Source: Moniliella sp. 'wahieum' (taxonomy: Eukaryota). From it: a stretch of DNA of 64,000 bases. The stretch's first letter is position 1, and each line of letters starts with the position of its first letter. The notes below the pieces were generated by a model. The model did not search any database. It saw only the letters and a list, made by a program, of their open reading frames with translations, and had not been told where the DNA came from. The stretch spans positions 186,001 to 250,000 of the forward strand of contig RSEE01000039.1 in NCBI GenBank assembly GCA_003971905.1. Direction: 5' to 3'. This document shows, one piece after another, positions 1-11,662 of the stretch. Made by a program: the position numbers and the translations under genes.

Positions 1-199
1 CTCTTTCAACTCTGAGATCTGACCCATGTCAGCCTCCTGTTCCTGCAATGATTCCCGTCCTGCTGCATACTCTGTAGGGGGGCAAGATCCTGATATATAG
101 TACTAGAAGATGGGTCGGAAGCAGAACTCGAAACCAGAACCATACATGATTTGTGGCGCTCACTACCTAGATCAGCGAAGGAGACTTCAGGGAGAAGGG

Positions 200-1877
200 T
201 TACCAGTTACTGCCGCCGCGGTCGGGAGGGACGATCGCGCTCCTGGCGATCATGACGATCGAATCGCGCTGAATCGTAACAGAAGGCTGGTCAGGGCTTG
301 CGGATCGGCGTCGGTCACGGCCCAAGGATCGGTCTTGATGAGACGCCACGGCAGACTGGTCGTCATGGGAGTAGGTAATCCAGTCCTGAGCCCGACTCGC
401 CATCAAAGTGGTCCAGCTCGTGACGGTTTTTGCGACGGGAGGTACGAGACGGACGATGGGAAGGTGCGCCCCACCGCCCGCGGCGGTCGAACGCGCGCGT
501 GGGTCTCGCGGCCGAGGTTGATTGCCTTCCTTGCCATCTTCTTCCTTACCGGCGGGAGCTCCATTGCCCTCACCTTCCTCATCGTAGGACGAAACAACAG
601 GCGGAGCCGATCCGGGAGGGCCGCGACCAATGTGAATGGCAGGCATCGCGCCCGCATCAGGCCCGGGCGTGCCATGAGGACTGTTAGGGATACCGGTCGG
701 GCCAGCGAGAGGGTAAGGTGCCGGTGGACGAGGTGGAGGAACCCCTGGCGCTGCCGCATTCGGATAGGCTGCCCCCATGCCCATCTGGGCATGGAGCATC
801 TGTTGTTGCATGGCAGCCAATTGTTGATTGATCTGCGCCTGCAAGGGCGCCGGCATGGTGGCAATGATTTGGTCTGGGTTCATTCCTGGCATGCCCATGG
901 CCGGATCAAAGTTGGCATACAGTCCCTCGTTGGCCGCTTGGCTCTCCATGTCCTCCTTCTCGGCCATGACTTGACGTTGATGAGTAGCCCAGCGAGCCCA
1001 GCTGTCCTCGTCAAAGCCATAGTTGAACCAATCGGTCAAGTCAGCCCCGGGGCGACGCCAGGGTTTAGACGCCATCGAGGCGGGATCCAAGTGGTACAAG
1101 TTGGTCCGGCCAAACTTGCCCCCCTTGGCACCAGGACCACCACCGGGCAAATCCATGTCGGACACTTGCAGATCCGCCATGGTGGGCGACATGCGCAGCG
1201 TCGGGGCTGTCGCTGGTGCATGAGGCGGTGGACCCTCGGCTCCTTCGGGCAAGGTGTGCACCAGACCATCGTCCGGTGCAGCTTGGGGGATGTACACCCC
1301 CGCGACGAGCGGGGCAGAGGCGTGTAATCCGACGTGAGACTGGCCGATTCAGCTGTGAGAAAGGCATGGGAGCCAAGCGAGCAAGGAAATGCATTGGTCA
1401 GCAGCCATGGCCATACAGGCCAGCAGCAGGAGAGATCACCCCCACCTCCTCCCAGGCACAGAGGGAAGAGCAAAAAAAAGGAAAACGAGCGATGGGCGGC
1501 AAGGGAAACGTATGACTTACTGGGCTGTTTGGGCGCGTGTGTGGCGGCGCCAGCGGGAGAGACGCACCAGGGATGTGAGCTCGGAGCAAATGGGTGAATT
1601 GGCTCATTGTTGGAGGGGACGAGTGTGCCGGAGGGCTTGTCGGAAGCGGCCACATCAGGTGCGTCCATCACAATCTCAAGATCCTCATCGCTCGACTCAT
1701 CGCTGCTCTCCTCCATCGCGCTACTGCCGCCATCCCCAGCGGGAGAAGGTGCTGTTCCGGACGCTGGGTCCGTGGCCGTTGCAGGTTGGGGCGGTCCCGC
1801 TGCCGCTACGGCAGGGGTAGATCCGTTGGCATCGGGCGCAGCGTCATCGCCGTAGAAATGCGTCGTCATCGTCCCAT
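200..1877 (-). CDS. FIP1: Pre-mRNA 3'-end processing factor Fip1 (spliced, frameshifted; ends approximate)
   Basis: Fip1 motif LYHLDPASMASKPWRRPGADLTDWFNYGFDEDSWARW in ORF 200..1297. Acidic N-terminus (EESSDESSDEDLEIVMD) in ORF 1036..2007, Pro/Gly-rich middle, RS/RD-rich tail. GTAAGT..CAG intron near 1352-1520. Confidence 0.92.
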
Positions 1878-2142
1878 GGTTGATGGGTCGTTGCTGTGAG
1901 CGTTGGTGGTGTCTTCTGGCTTTGCGGTGACCTGGCCGGGTTTGGCATCGATGGGGTACACCGCGGCGGAATGGGCCAGGGGGTTCCGCCTCGGGGTACA
2001 ATTTCAAATTCTGCGCAAGGGGTGGTGCATGCGTTGCGCGTTATCTGTGCTTGCTTCAAAACCACGTGGCCAGTCTTTCTCTGATGATCTGACCTCTGAC
2101 CTCGGACCTCGACCACCCACCACCATCCCCCCCACCACCACC

Positions 2143-2664
2143 ATGTCCAGCAACGCTCCATCCCCCTCATCCCCCTTCAACGCCGTCTTCCTGGCTGGTG
2201 TTGCCCTTGATGCGCCCCTTGCTCTTATCGGCCTCTTTGCCACCCACCTCCTGCCTTTGATCGAAGTCACCAACACCGCCATTGTTTTTATCAAGGTTTG
2301 TACCCCCCCTCCCCCTCCCCTCGCCCGGACCATCCCCCACTGACATGCTCCAATACAGCTTTGGTCGCTGGCCATCATTGCCCTCTGCCTCGCTTCGGCT
2401 CTGTGCTCCACTGTGCCCGACTACCTTCCCGGGAAACGCGCTCTGGCCATCGCTCTCCTACTCTACCACACCGGCATGTCTGCTGTTCTTTACACTGCCC
2501 CGCGGTTCATTCCCGTCTCGTTTGGTGAACTGGCCGAGAGCTTCAGCGTTTCCCCAGAGCGATTGGCCTGCATTGTGCATGGCCTTTTGGGGCTCTTGAT
2601 TACCGGTTGGTGGCAGACCACTCTGCCACTTGTCGAACTTGCCAGCCAGGGCAAGCTCGGGTAA
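2143..2664 (+). CDS. Small (~150 aa) multi-pass membrane protein of unknown function
   Basis: ATG 2143. Phase-0 intron 2296-2358 (GTTTGT..CTGAC..CAG) joins MSSNAPSP..TAIVFIK in frame to LWSLAIIALCLASALCSTVPDYLPGKRALAIALLLYH..QGKLG*. Several hydrophobic segments, no frameshift needed. Confidence 0.8.
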
Positions 2665-3986
2665 AGCCAAGTGTTCCTTTCTTGCGCTCATTTCCATCAA
2701 TCTTATTAAGGGACAGAAATGTGGCCGTCAGGCCCGCATGCTCAAATGTGATGCCGTCCCAACATATGAACTTGCAAGCCAGAAACAGTCAGGTCAATTT
2801 AAAGGGAAAGAAAGTGGCGTCCCGAATCCAGACCATTTGCAGGGGCAGGGGTAGGAATACATTTCATGTTAACCAACGTGCTTGTGTAAGAGCTGTTCTT
2901 ATGAATCCTAATTCCCGCACTGCTCTTGGTGAGGTAAATCCATCCAATATTCGACCGCAAACGACTCGAGGTTGAGAGATAGATCCCGAGCTTTCTCCCG
3001 CCTTTTCTTCTCAAACTTTTGGGTCTAGGAATCCCCACTCTTCCAGGAAAGCTCGGCTCCGACAAAAGCACAGATGCTACTCTTGCGTTTTTCGGTTAGG
3101 GCCACAATCCTTTGTTCTTATTCAGCTTCTTGCTCGCTCCTTTCGCACAGGGCGGTCAAATTTTCCCGGTTTTTGTTCACAGAGGTGAGCGTTTTTCGTT
3201 GTTCCTTCCCATCTCAATCTTGGTCTGATCTGCCTGGTTGCTACCTTCTCCATCTTGCTCAGATGAAGTGAGCCTAGTATTATCGCCCTTGGGCTCGCCC
3301 ACAGCGTCTTTGATTTTTTTCTTTGCGCAATGCCCCCTAATACTGATGCATTGGCTCGGTGAAGTTATCTCCACCAAATAGGTGGCTGAACTAAAGAGAA
3401 AAACAGAGTCAGGTACCCCGCGCGGTAACGAAAGGAAACGGGAGAGAAGGACACTTGCCATGTCTCGGTTTAGCCTCAGTTGGTCCGCCTCATCGGTAGA
3501 CTTGAATCTTCTTGCCGCGGATACTTGTCGTATAATCAGCCCTGATATTGTTACGAGGGACGCGGTACGCCTCGGCGATACCTACCATTGGACGTCTCGT
3601 CACCGCCCTTGTGAAAATGATCCTTGAGAGCAGTCTTGCGTTACATCTTCTTAGTTATTGAATTCGAGCTGGTCGCATTATCGGCACGGACACCAGTCAA
3701 GAAGGTCATATTATAGAAAACACCACTGATGCCATCAGCCAGCACTTTGTACCCATCGTGGTTGGTGGTGGCTGGTCCTTTGCGCTGTGATACGTCGGAG
3801 CCACACTTAGTGCTTGGTTTGGTGGGCGTTGATGCGTAATGGCAAGGCGAAAGTGTTGCTGGCCCGACCCCACCAACATATATACAGCCTGTGTAGTTGC
3901 TGGATCCGCAGGTGCCGCGAATATTGTCATTGGTCCGCTCACTAAACGTATGAACATCAGTTCTGCTTGAGAACTTGAATACTAAC

Positions 3987-4058
3987 GCCTCTTTGGCTCA
4001 ATGGTAAGGCGTCGCACTCGTAATGCGAAGATTAGTCGTTCGATTCGGCTAGGAGGCA
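3987..4058 (+). tRNA. tRNA-Thr(CGT), 72 nt, intronless
   Basis: Acceptor stem GCCTCTT/AGGAGGC, anticodon arm TCGCA-CT-CGT-AA-TGCGA (anticodon 4019-4021), T arm AGTCG-TTCGATT-CGGCT, discriminator A, followed by a T7 run. Confidence 0.96.
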
Positions 4059-4065
4059 TTTTTTT
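4059..4065 (+). terminator. RNA polymerase III terminator (T7)
   Basis: TTTTTTT immediately after the tRNA-Thr discriminator base. Confidence 0.85.
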
Positions 4066-4140
4066 ATTTGCGACTGGCGGTACGGTACATAGTGATGAAA
4101 CGTGGAATCTCGGGAAACGCGGGGCTGTACATTGCTTCTT

Positions 4141-4150
4141 CCACGTGGCA
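4141..4150 (-). promoter_or_regulatory. Candidate unfolded-protein-response element (TGCCACGTGG)
   Basis: CCACGTGGCA about 108 bp upstream of the ATG of an ER-targeted FKBP. Matches the CCACGT core bound by Hac1/XBP1-family bZIPs. Confidence 0.45.
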
Positions 4151-4257
4151 CTCATGTCAAGTTGCTGTCATGGAGAAGAAAAGGACACGAGGGCCTTACT
4201 GTCTGCATACCATCATCGTAACCGCGTAACCCGCCTTCGCCACACGCCTCTGCCACC

Positions 4258-4870
4258 ATGAAGCTGCTTCTCTTTCCTCTGTCCTCCTCGTTGCTGCTGG
4301 GCTGGCTATGGCAGCAGAGCCGCCTCATCGCTCCGAATCGGCATCAAAAGCGCGTGCCAGCGGAGGAGTGCCTCGTCAAGACTGTCAACGGCGACCGGGT
4401 CGAGATGGAGTACACGGGCCGTTGTGGGAAGGCGAGCAGTTTGATTCTTCTGTCGGACGTGGCCCTTTGAATTTGTGCTGGGCCAAGGCCAAGTGGTGTG
4501 TGCTGTTTCCAATTTGCGATACCTACACGGGCCGGGCTTTGTCTTTGCTACCCTTTTTGGCAGATCAAAGGATGGGATCAAGGCCTGACAGACATGTGCA
4601 TTGGCGAAAAGCGCAAGCTCACCATCCCGCCCGCTTTGGGCTATGGCAAAATGGGCGCGGGGGCCAAAATCCCTCCTGGGGCCACCCTGGTGTTTGATGG
4701 TACGTTTCGCAGGACTACACCCTGCTTGCCGGCATGGTACTGCGAGGTACGAAAGTCTTGGCGCCGCTGACGTTATTTTGCTTTCTTGCGCTGGACTAGT
4801 GGAGCTGCTGGACATTAAGGGTGCGCGTGCAGATGCCCTCAAGTTTGCGCACGCCAAGTCGGACCTGTAA
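4258..4870 (+). CDS. FPR2: ER-luminal FKBP-type peptidyl-prolyl cis-trans isomerase (FKBP2/FKBP13-like)
   Basis: Signal-peptide-like MKLLLFPL.., [71 protein letters not shown]-terminal KSDL. Introns 4496-4563 and 4700-4799. Indels in exon 1. Confidence 0.95.
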
Positions 4871-5923
4871 TCTGAAAAGCAGGACTCGTGTGATATTGAA
4901 TCGAAGGGGTCGCAGCCGTTGCGGTGCCTCAATCTGTAATAGTCTTACGATGGACCAGTTGTGGGTAGCTGCGCAGCTTTCTGCACTCAACTTCCCTAGA
5001 GACCGGACAGAAGTAGGGAGATGTTGGCTGGCATGTGGGGTGTGGGGTGTGGTAAGGCGAGGGACGTGTGTCGGGAGCTGGGGTGTTTCCAGTACGGGAT
5101 GTCCGGTTCGGGGTATCTGGTTCGGGGGTGACAGCCGGGGGGCCAAAAGTTCCCGGCGTCCAAAGAGAATCGAGGAAGGGTTATGCTGGTTATGTGTCGA
5201 CGTGCTCGAAGTGCTCAACAACAGATTGGAGGAGACAGCCTGGGGGTTAATGCGTACAGTTAACAGCTCACCGACATGCATTCCACACCGGCAGAGGGGC
5301 ATTCCGGGAAGTCTGCCCGTCTCGGGGCGTCCGCACCGGGCGTTGTAGAACAGAGCGGGCGGCGAAAGAGAAGGATGGGCATGCTACCTACCCAAACCCC
5401 CTCCAGACGGTGGACAGCTCAGGGACACCGCAGTAGATGGCGCAGGGGTCTGCTGAGCAGCCGAGTGCGAATCGGCTGAAGGTTGGGTGTTAGCCAAGGG
5501 CACTAAGGCCCCACCCGTGCGCCGCGCAGAGTCGGCCGGTGACGTCATCGACGGGTGATGCGTGGGCCGGCGCAGATAGTGATGTGGGGGAGCCACTCGT
5601 TCGCTTAGCCGCACCCCCCTACACCACCACCGCCTCCTCCTCGGCTGGCCCCGCGGCCCGTCCAGATGAGCCGCCTCGGCACGCCTGTGAATGAGCCGCG
5701 CGCCAAGGACGCCGACGAGCATGCTCCCATGCGCATCCACGCCTGCGCCCGCCCTCTGCCCTTCTCCCGCCTGCCACCGCCCCGTGCCACCTGTCCCAGC
5801 CTGCCTCGCCCACCCCCGGCCCTGCCTCCGCAGAGCCCACCGCGGTCTCGGGCGCATCCAACACATCTTCAGCCCGCCTGCCCTCTCCCCCCCTTCCCGA
5901 ACACGAGTCCCTCACACACCTAC

Positions 5924-8900
5924 ATGCCCCCTCGTCGTCGCCTCTCCCCTCCGACCAGCTGAGTCATCTCGCCGCTCTCGCCCTTCGCCATCTTCCCGAC
6001 GCTAGCGCACGCCTGCGCACCCTCGCCGCTGCCCAGCCCTCGGGGATATTCTTCAGCTTCCTGGTGTCGCTGTGGCCGCTCGCGGTATCCACGTGTCCGC
6101 TGCGCCCCGCTTGCCGTCTTACCTCCCGAAGTCGGCATCCGAATCTTCGAGTTTCGATCACCCACGCACCCTCGCCCGCGGCCCGTGTCAGTCGCACCTG
6201 GCACGCTTTGCCAGCACTCCTGCGGTCTCACGTACCCTTGCTCACCGCCGGGCTTACCGTACCTCCGTCATCGCCCCCTCTGCTCACCTCGGGCCGTAGT
6301 CGCTCGCTCGAATGGCTTGGTATTGGCTAGACAGCTCGCGTCGCCATTTCCCCCTCCCCCTCCTCGGCCCGCACTCGCTGCGCCGCGTCTCCACATGAGG
6401 ATGACTTGGATGTCATCGTCATCGACGACCTGAGGCCCAGATCGGTACCCACGCTTGGCCGTCGCCGCCGGACCCATGCTGACGACCTCGGCCCCAGACG
6501 CGTAAGCGCCCGCGTCAGTCTGCACCTAATCCTTCCACTTCAGTTCAAGATCAAAACATTGACCCGAACTTTGCACATAGGGAAGTGCTCAATGTCCTCG
6601 GAAGTCTGCAATGCCGTTATCTGGCCACGGGCGTTTTCGATCGGCAGTGATGATCGAGCGTTGCACCTCCTGACCAAGGAGCTTGGGTACCTTGATCGTG
6701 CACTCCGTACTCGCCTTCGTCCCTCTCTGAATCCCAAATTGGCATGTCTCTTCTCGATTCGCTCGAAGGTATCGTCCGCGCTGAATCAGCCCAGCGGCGA
6801 GGCATTCCTCCCTTTGCCACGTATCGCGTCTTCAAGTCGTCCCTTGGGGAAGGTGTTGTGGCCGAACCTGCGACGCGCGCCAAGCTGATCGAGTCTCTTT
6901 GTTCTTCGCCGATTTAGGCCCTGCATCAGGAAACATGCTTGACACCCAGTCATTCCTGTCGACCCATGTGGATGCACCCCGCGATGAGGCTGGAATCCCG
7001 GTGCCCAAAGTTGTCGGCGGACCTCATGCCGCAGGTGCAAAATGGTCTGGTGCAACTAGCTTGCCAGGGGATGCAGCTTCTACCCATACGTGTAGTGGAA
7101 GGGGGCACACTGGTGGCCAAGGTTGTGTAGTAATGGAGAAGACTGCATACGACGGAAATCAAGTCACGGTATCTTGTCTCGATCTTCAGGGAGGACTGCT
7201 CGATACGCTCAAACCCTCGTTGGACAATGTAGTTGTCAACGCACCCTTGAGGGGCAAGATGCAACGACAGTCCCAGCATCGCACCTCGCGAGGCTCTTGT
7301 ACTCCAGTATGAGGTGACACGGGCGTGGCTCGATCAGGGCGGACGCCTTCTTTCTCAACATTATCTTTATCCTGAGGTCTTGATTACCGACATGGTGGCG
7401 GACGACGATCGAATCGTCCTAGGCATGGGCAACAGCGCGATCCACATCATCGATACTCGGACGGGACTGCTGCAAGAGACGCTGCATCAACACACAAGTG
7501 GGGTATGGTGTTTGGCTCTGGTCCCCTCCTGGCCCTGTTTACTGTCGTCAGGATTCACGGAACAACCCCCACGCGAAAGGATCCCAACTACCAACATGGT
7601 CTTGACAGCATGCGATTCCCGTCCCGAGGCATACCTCGAGCCGTACCAACCCTGGCTACTGGATCCAAACGAATGGGAGCAGTGCCATGGCTCAAAGGAT
7701 TGACTGGCGCACAGCGCGCCCTTTTGCAAGTGTACCGTAGCATTGAACAAAAACTGCTCGAACACCTACTTGGGCCCACCGCCACGCGAAGCGGCCTGGT
7801 TCATCCGCCCCAGTAGCCGCGGCTCAGGGCGCACTAGAGGGAAACCCATCTGGAAGCTGGACCGCCACTACATTGACTATGACAATTCCTCGCAGGGAAA
7901 GAGGGTGCCACGCTTGCTGCGACGCGATTGGACTGGCCCCGAGTCAGTGTTGGATGCCGCCGTAGAGACGGAGAGAGCAGCGTGCTTGGCCGCTCGCAAC
8001 ACGCAGGGCTTGCCCAATGCCCCGCCCATCATACAAGAATCGTCGATCGCGTCCTTGGCGCGCGCACGGGCTGAGAAGGCGATGGAACTCGAAAAGTCAT
8101 TGGCCAACAAGCCGTTGCTTGTTTCGGGCGGATGTGATCGGACGGTTATCGTATGGGATCTAACAACGGGACAGCCGGTTCATGTTCTCCGTGGTCATAC
8201 TGCTACTGTTCGTTGCGTCTCCCTACTTCATGTCCGTGGCCGTGTGATGGCCGTCTCGGGGAGTCGAGACCGGGAAGCACGATTGTGGGATTTGCGTAGC
8301 GGTTTGCTCATCCACACCTTCCGCGGGCACCAAGAATCCATCCGCTGCATTGCCGTGTCGGAGGACTGCGAGGTAACATCCAGGGGCCAACGATCCCTTA
8401 ACCCGGACGAAGGACTGAAGGAACCCTTGTTTGCCACGGGTTCATACGACAGCAACGTCCGCATTTGGAATGCGGAGACGGGAGCGTGCCTTCACACGCT
8501 TCAAGGGCACACTCAGCAGGTGTACTGCATTGCCTTCCGTCGAGGTACGATCGTAACCGGCTCTCTTGATACTTCAGTGCGCGCATGGGATGCAGTGAAT
8601 GGGTACGTGGTTCTGTTCAGTACCATCCAGGTTTACTAACTTTGTGCCAGTCGACCTTTGTGTGTACTGAGGGGCCACACTTCGTTGGTGAGCGTAGTTA
8701 CCATTCGCGGTAACATGGTTGTCACAGGCGCAAGCGACGGGCGAGTTCTGGTGTATGATCTGGACAAGTTTACCTGCATCCACCGTCTCTGTGCACACGA
8801 CAACAGCGTCACGTCGCTCCAATTTGTGCCTGGCCTCGCTCGTGGGTTCATTCCTCAACACTACATGGCTCGCCGGCGGGCGAGTCAGCGACCGCCGCGC

Positions 8901-9498
8901 GGAGAGAGGCACAGCGGGGGTCGGGTTGAACCCGCCCGCAGAGGGAACCGTCGATGAGAAGTATTGGTGTTACAACCCAGAGTCGGACGATGCCCGTTGG
9001 CTCGTTTCGGCGGGCAACGACGGAACGACCAAATTGTGGGACTTGGCCGATGGGATCTGTGTGCGCTATATTGGCCCAACGAGCAAGCACGTGCTCAAGC
9101 TGGTCTGTACCAACGACCGTGGGTGATTGCTTCCTTCCCGCTCATGCATGTTATGCCACGGGTCGAGCGGTCGCGCTTGGATGTTGTCTCCTTCCGGCCG
9201 TTGAGTACGAAGGCCGACCGTTGGTTAGTGGTCAAGTCGACCGGGTGCGAGAACGAGGCTGAGGGGTCGAATAGCGACGACAGTGCTCCGAGACCCGACA
9301 TACGAGCACGTCCAGCAGCACGTCCTGACGTACCTCCATCTACTCGTGTGCGGCTATACTACGGACGGGGCTCCTTGGGACCGACTTCCCGCAGGGTTCG
9401 GGGACGAAGAGGAGGTGCAGGAGGAGGAGGGAGAAGAGGAGGAGGGGGAAGAGGAGGAGGAAGAAGAGGAGGGAGATGAGGAGGAGACTAGCGTATAA
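5924..9498 (+). CDS. WD40-repeat protein of the Cdc4/Fbw7-like class (start uncertain; F-box not clearly visible)
   Basis: Repeated WD blades: LHQHTSGVWCLAL, LVSGGCDRTVIVWD, LRGHTATVRC..SGSRDREARLWD, ATGSYDSNVRIWN, VTGSLDTSVRAWD, VTGASDGRVLVYD, LVSAGNDGTTKLWD. Intron 8603-8650 with TACTAAC. Poly-Glu tail ending EEETSV*. Many frameshifts. Confidence 0.85.
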
Positions 9499-9924
9499 TA
9501 AAGCCCGAGGCAGCCTCGGTTGGTTTAGAAAATACTTTTGGTGTCGTATAAAGCTTCTCGTAGCCTATGTCCTCGCACACGAGGGGAGGCACGTGAAGTA
9601 GGGCAGATTGTGGGCATGTGAGCGGGACAGCAGTAGGCGAGCGACAGAGATGGCCGCCACTCGGCTGCCATTAAGCTTCCAGGCCCCATTGGACTGGCCA
9701 AGTGGACGAGACTTTTCAGGTCGACCAGGCGGATCGATGAACGGGGAGCTGTTGCCTACTAATTGCCTGCTCGAGCCAGGCAGATCATCGATCATCGATC
9801 AGGCCTGAGATTCTGAGACCGTAGCAGCAGATAGATATGCTACTCGCTGACATAATATCTCTAAGTCCCGCACGTCTGGGTTGTCTCCGCTTTCAACCGG
9901 TCTCTTGCGCCCCACCAACGCACC

Positions 9925-10958
9925 ATGTCCACCACCCCCACAGCAGACAAGCGTGTTGTCCTCATTACCGGGTGCTCCGCTGGCGGCATGGGCTACGCCG
10001 TGGCCCAGGAGCTGCAGTACTGGAAATTACTGGGTCTTCGCCTCCACCCGCTCAGTGTCCAAGATGGACGGGCTGCCGGATGGCATCACCAAGTTGGCAC
10101 TGGACGTGACGTCGGACGAAAGCGTGCAAACGGCGGTCAAACAAGTATTGCAGCAGGCCGGCCGCATTGACATTCTGATCAACAATGCAGGTGTGAATGC
10201 TGCTGTGGGGCCAGCGGCCGAAGTGAGTCTTGGCAACTTCCAGGCCACCTATGATGTGAACGTCTTTGGCGTGATTCGGGTCACCCAAGCTGTAGCTGGG
10301 CCCATGATCGATTACGCTAGGACGAACCGTTCGAAGGCGGGGTTGATTGTCAACATTGGATCTACCGTCGGGGCTCAGCCTATGCCATGGAGTTCCGCCT
10401 ACAACTCTTCCAAAGGTCTGTCCTATCTGCACCCCAATGGCTCACTTCTCCACGGAACCATCTTATGCTCACCCATCTCTCCCTCCCCTTCGATTGCAGC
10501 TGCCATCCACTCGTACTCTGACACGCTGCGAATGGAACTGGCGCCATTTGGCATCCGTGTTCAAGTTGTTGCGCCGGGAAGATCCAGTCGCAGTTCGGAG
10601 TCAATGGCTCGGCTTCCGTGAGCTCAAGCCAAGGCAGCCGCTTTGCCCACGTTTGGAATCTGGTGCAAGCCCGCGCCATGTTCAGCCAGTCACCCACACC
10701 TCCACCGATGCCCTCGGCGGCATTTGCCAAGGCATTGCGTATCCATATGGAGAAGTACGGGGCGTTAGGTGGCCGCCTGAGCCCCTGGAGCATCCTCATG
10801 CGCTTGTTCAACAATGGGGCCTACTTTTTCGTCGGTCCCATGAGCTCTTTGGTTTGGTTGCTCACATTTTGCCTTGGTCTTGGCGTGATGCGATTATTTC
10901 GCGTAAAATGCAGCTGGGTCGCATAGCGGGCAATGAGCAGCACCAGAAGGCGGCTTGA
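9925..10958 (+). CDS. AYR1: Short-chain dehydrogenase/reductase, Ayr1-like (NADPH 1-acyl-DHAP reductase family)
   Basis: VLITGCSAGGMG (TGxxxGxG), LDVTSDESV, IDILINNAG, YNSSK (YxxxK), SDTLRMELAPFGIRV. Intron 10416-10499. Frameshifts. Orthology to AYR1 is an inference. Confidence 0.85.
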
Positions 10959-11662
10959 CGATACATCACAAGACGCAAGTCAAATGCTTGCTCTGCCTCG
11001 CCTATAACCCGAACGCATTAATATTGTTGCGAATAACAAGGTGATTCAATGAATGTGGGGCAGCGCCATTATTGTGTGATGAATCGATGAGGATGGATAT
11101 GTAGTTGGGATGATATACGGCATGGTGGGGCGTGTTTTTTCGATTCGAAAAGGGTGGCGAAGAGCCCATTCTAGATCAATTCCAAGCTGAAGAGGTGGTT
11201 CGACTCAAGATGGTCATCGAGAACGCTTGCGAAGCGAGAGTGGTGAGAACACACACACAGCTGTCCAAACTGATGGGATTCGCTTTTCGATGCTATTATA
11301 CACGCTCTACTGCACCAGTCGAACAGTGTCAAAGAGAAACATCATGCACTATTGCATATGGCAGTTGAAAAAATAAGGGGAAACGACACACCAGTAGGAA
11401 GGAAGGGAGGAACAGGAGGTATATACTAAGCCGGAAGATGAAGCAATTCGGCCCAAATGTATGCGCAGGGGAAGTACAGAGAGATGAGGGGGGCTTGGGA
11501 GAGGTGCGGATGAGAATGGGGTAGAGGTCGGTGAGAAACCGGGAATGAGGCGTCCGAGTGGATGGGCCACATAGCAGAAGCGCCGCAGAAGCCCGTCTGG
11601 GCACACAGGAAGAAGAGGATGGTACAAATGACCGAAAGAGGTGAACCGATCGTATGTGGAAA

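Noticed and set aside
110..1327. 405-aa plus-strand ORF
   Set aside because: Antisense shadow of FIP1 in GC-rich DNA; no motif. The same applies to 32466..33308, 48718..49428, 59209..60681 and 61744..62424.
2915..2945. RTALGEVN, a destruction-box-like peptide on the plus strand
   Set aside because: Sits in a short ORF with no other cyclin or securin features; splice signals favour the opposite strand.
9405..9487. GAG/GAA purine run
   Set aside because: Encodes the poly-Glu tail of the WD40 protein; not an independent element.
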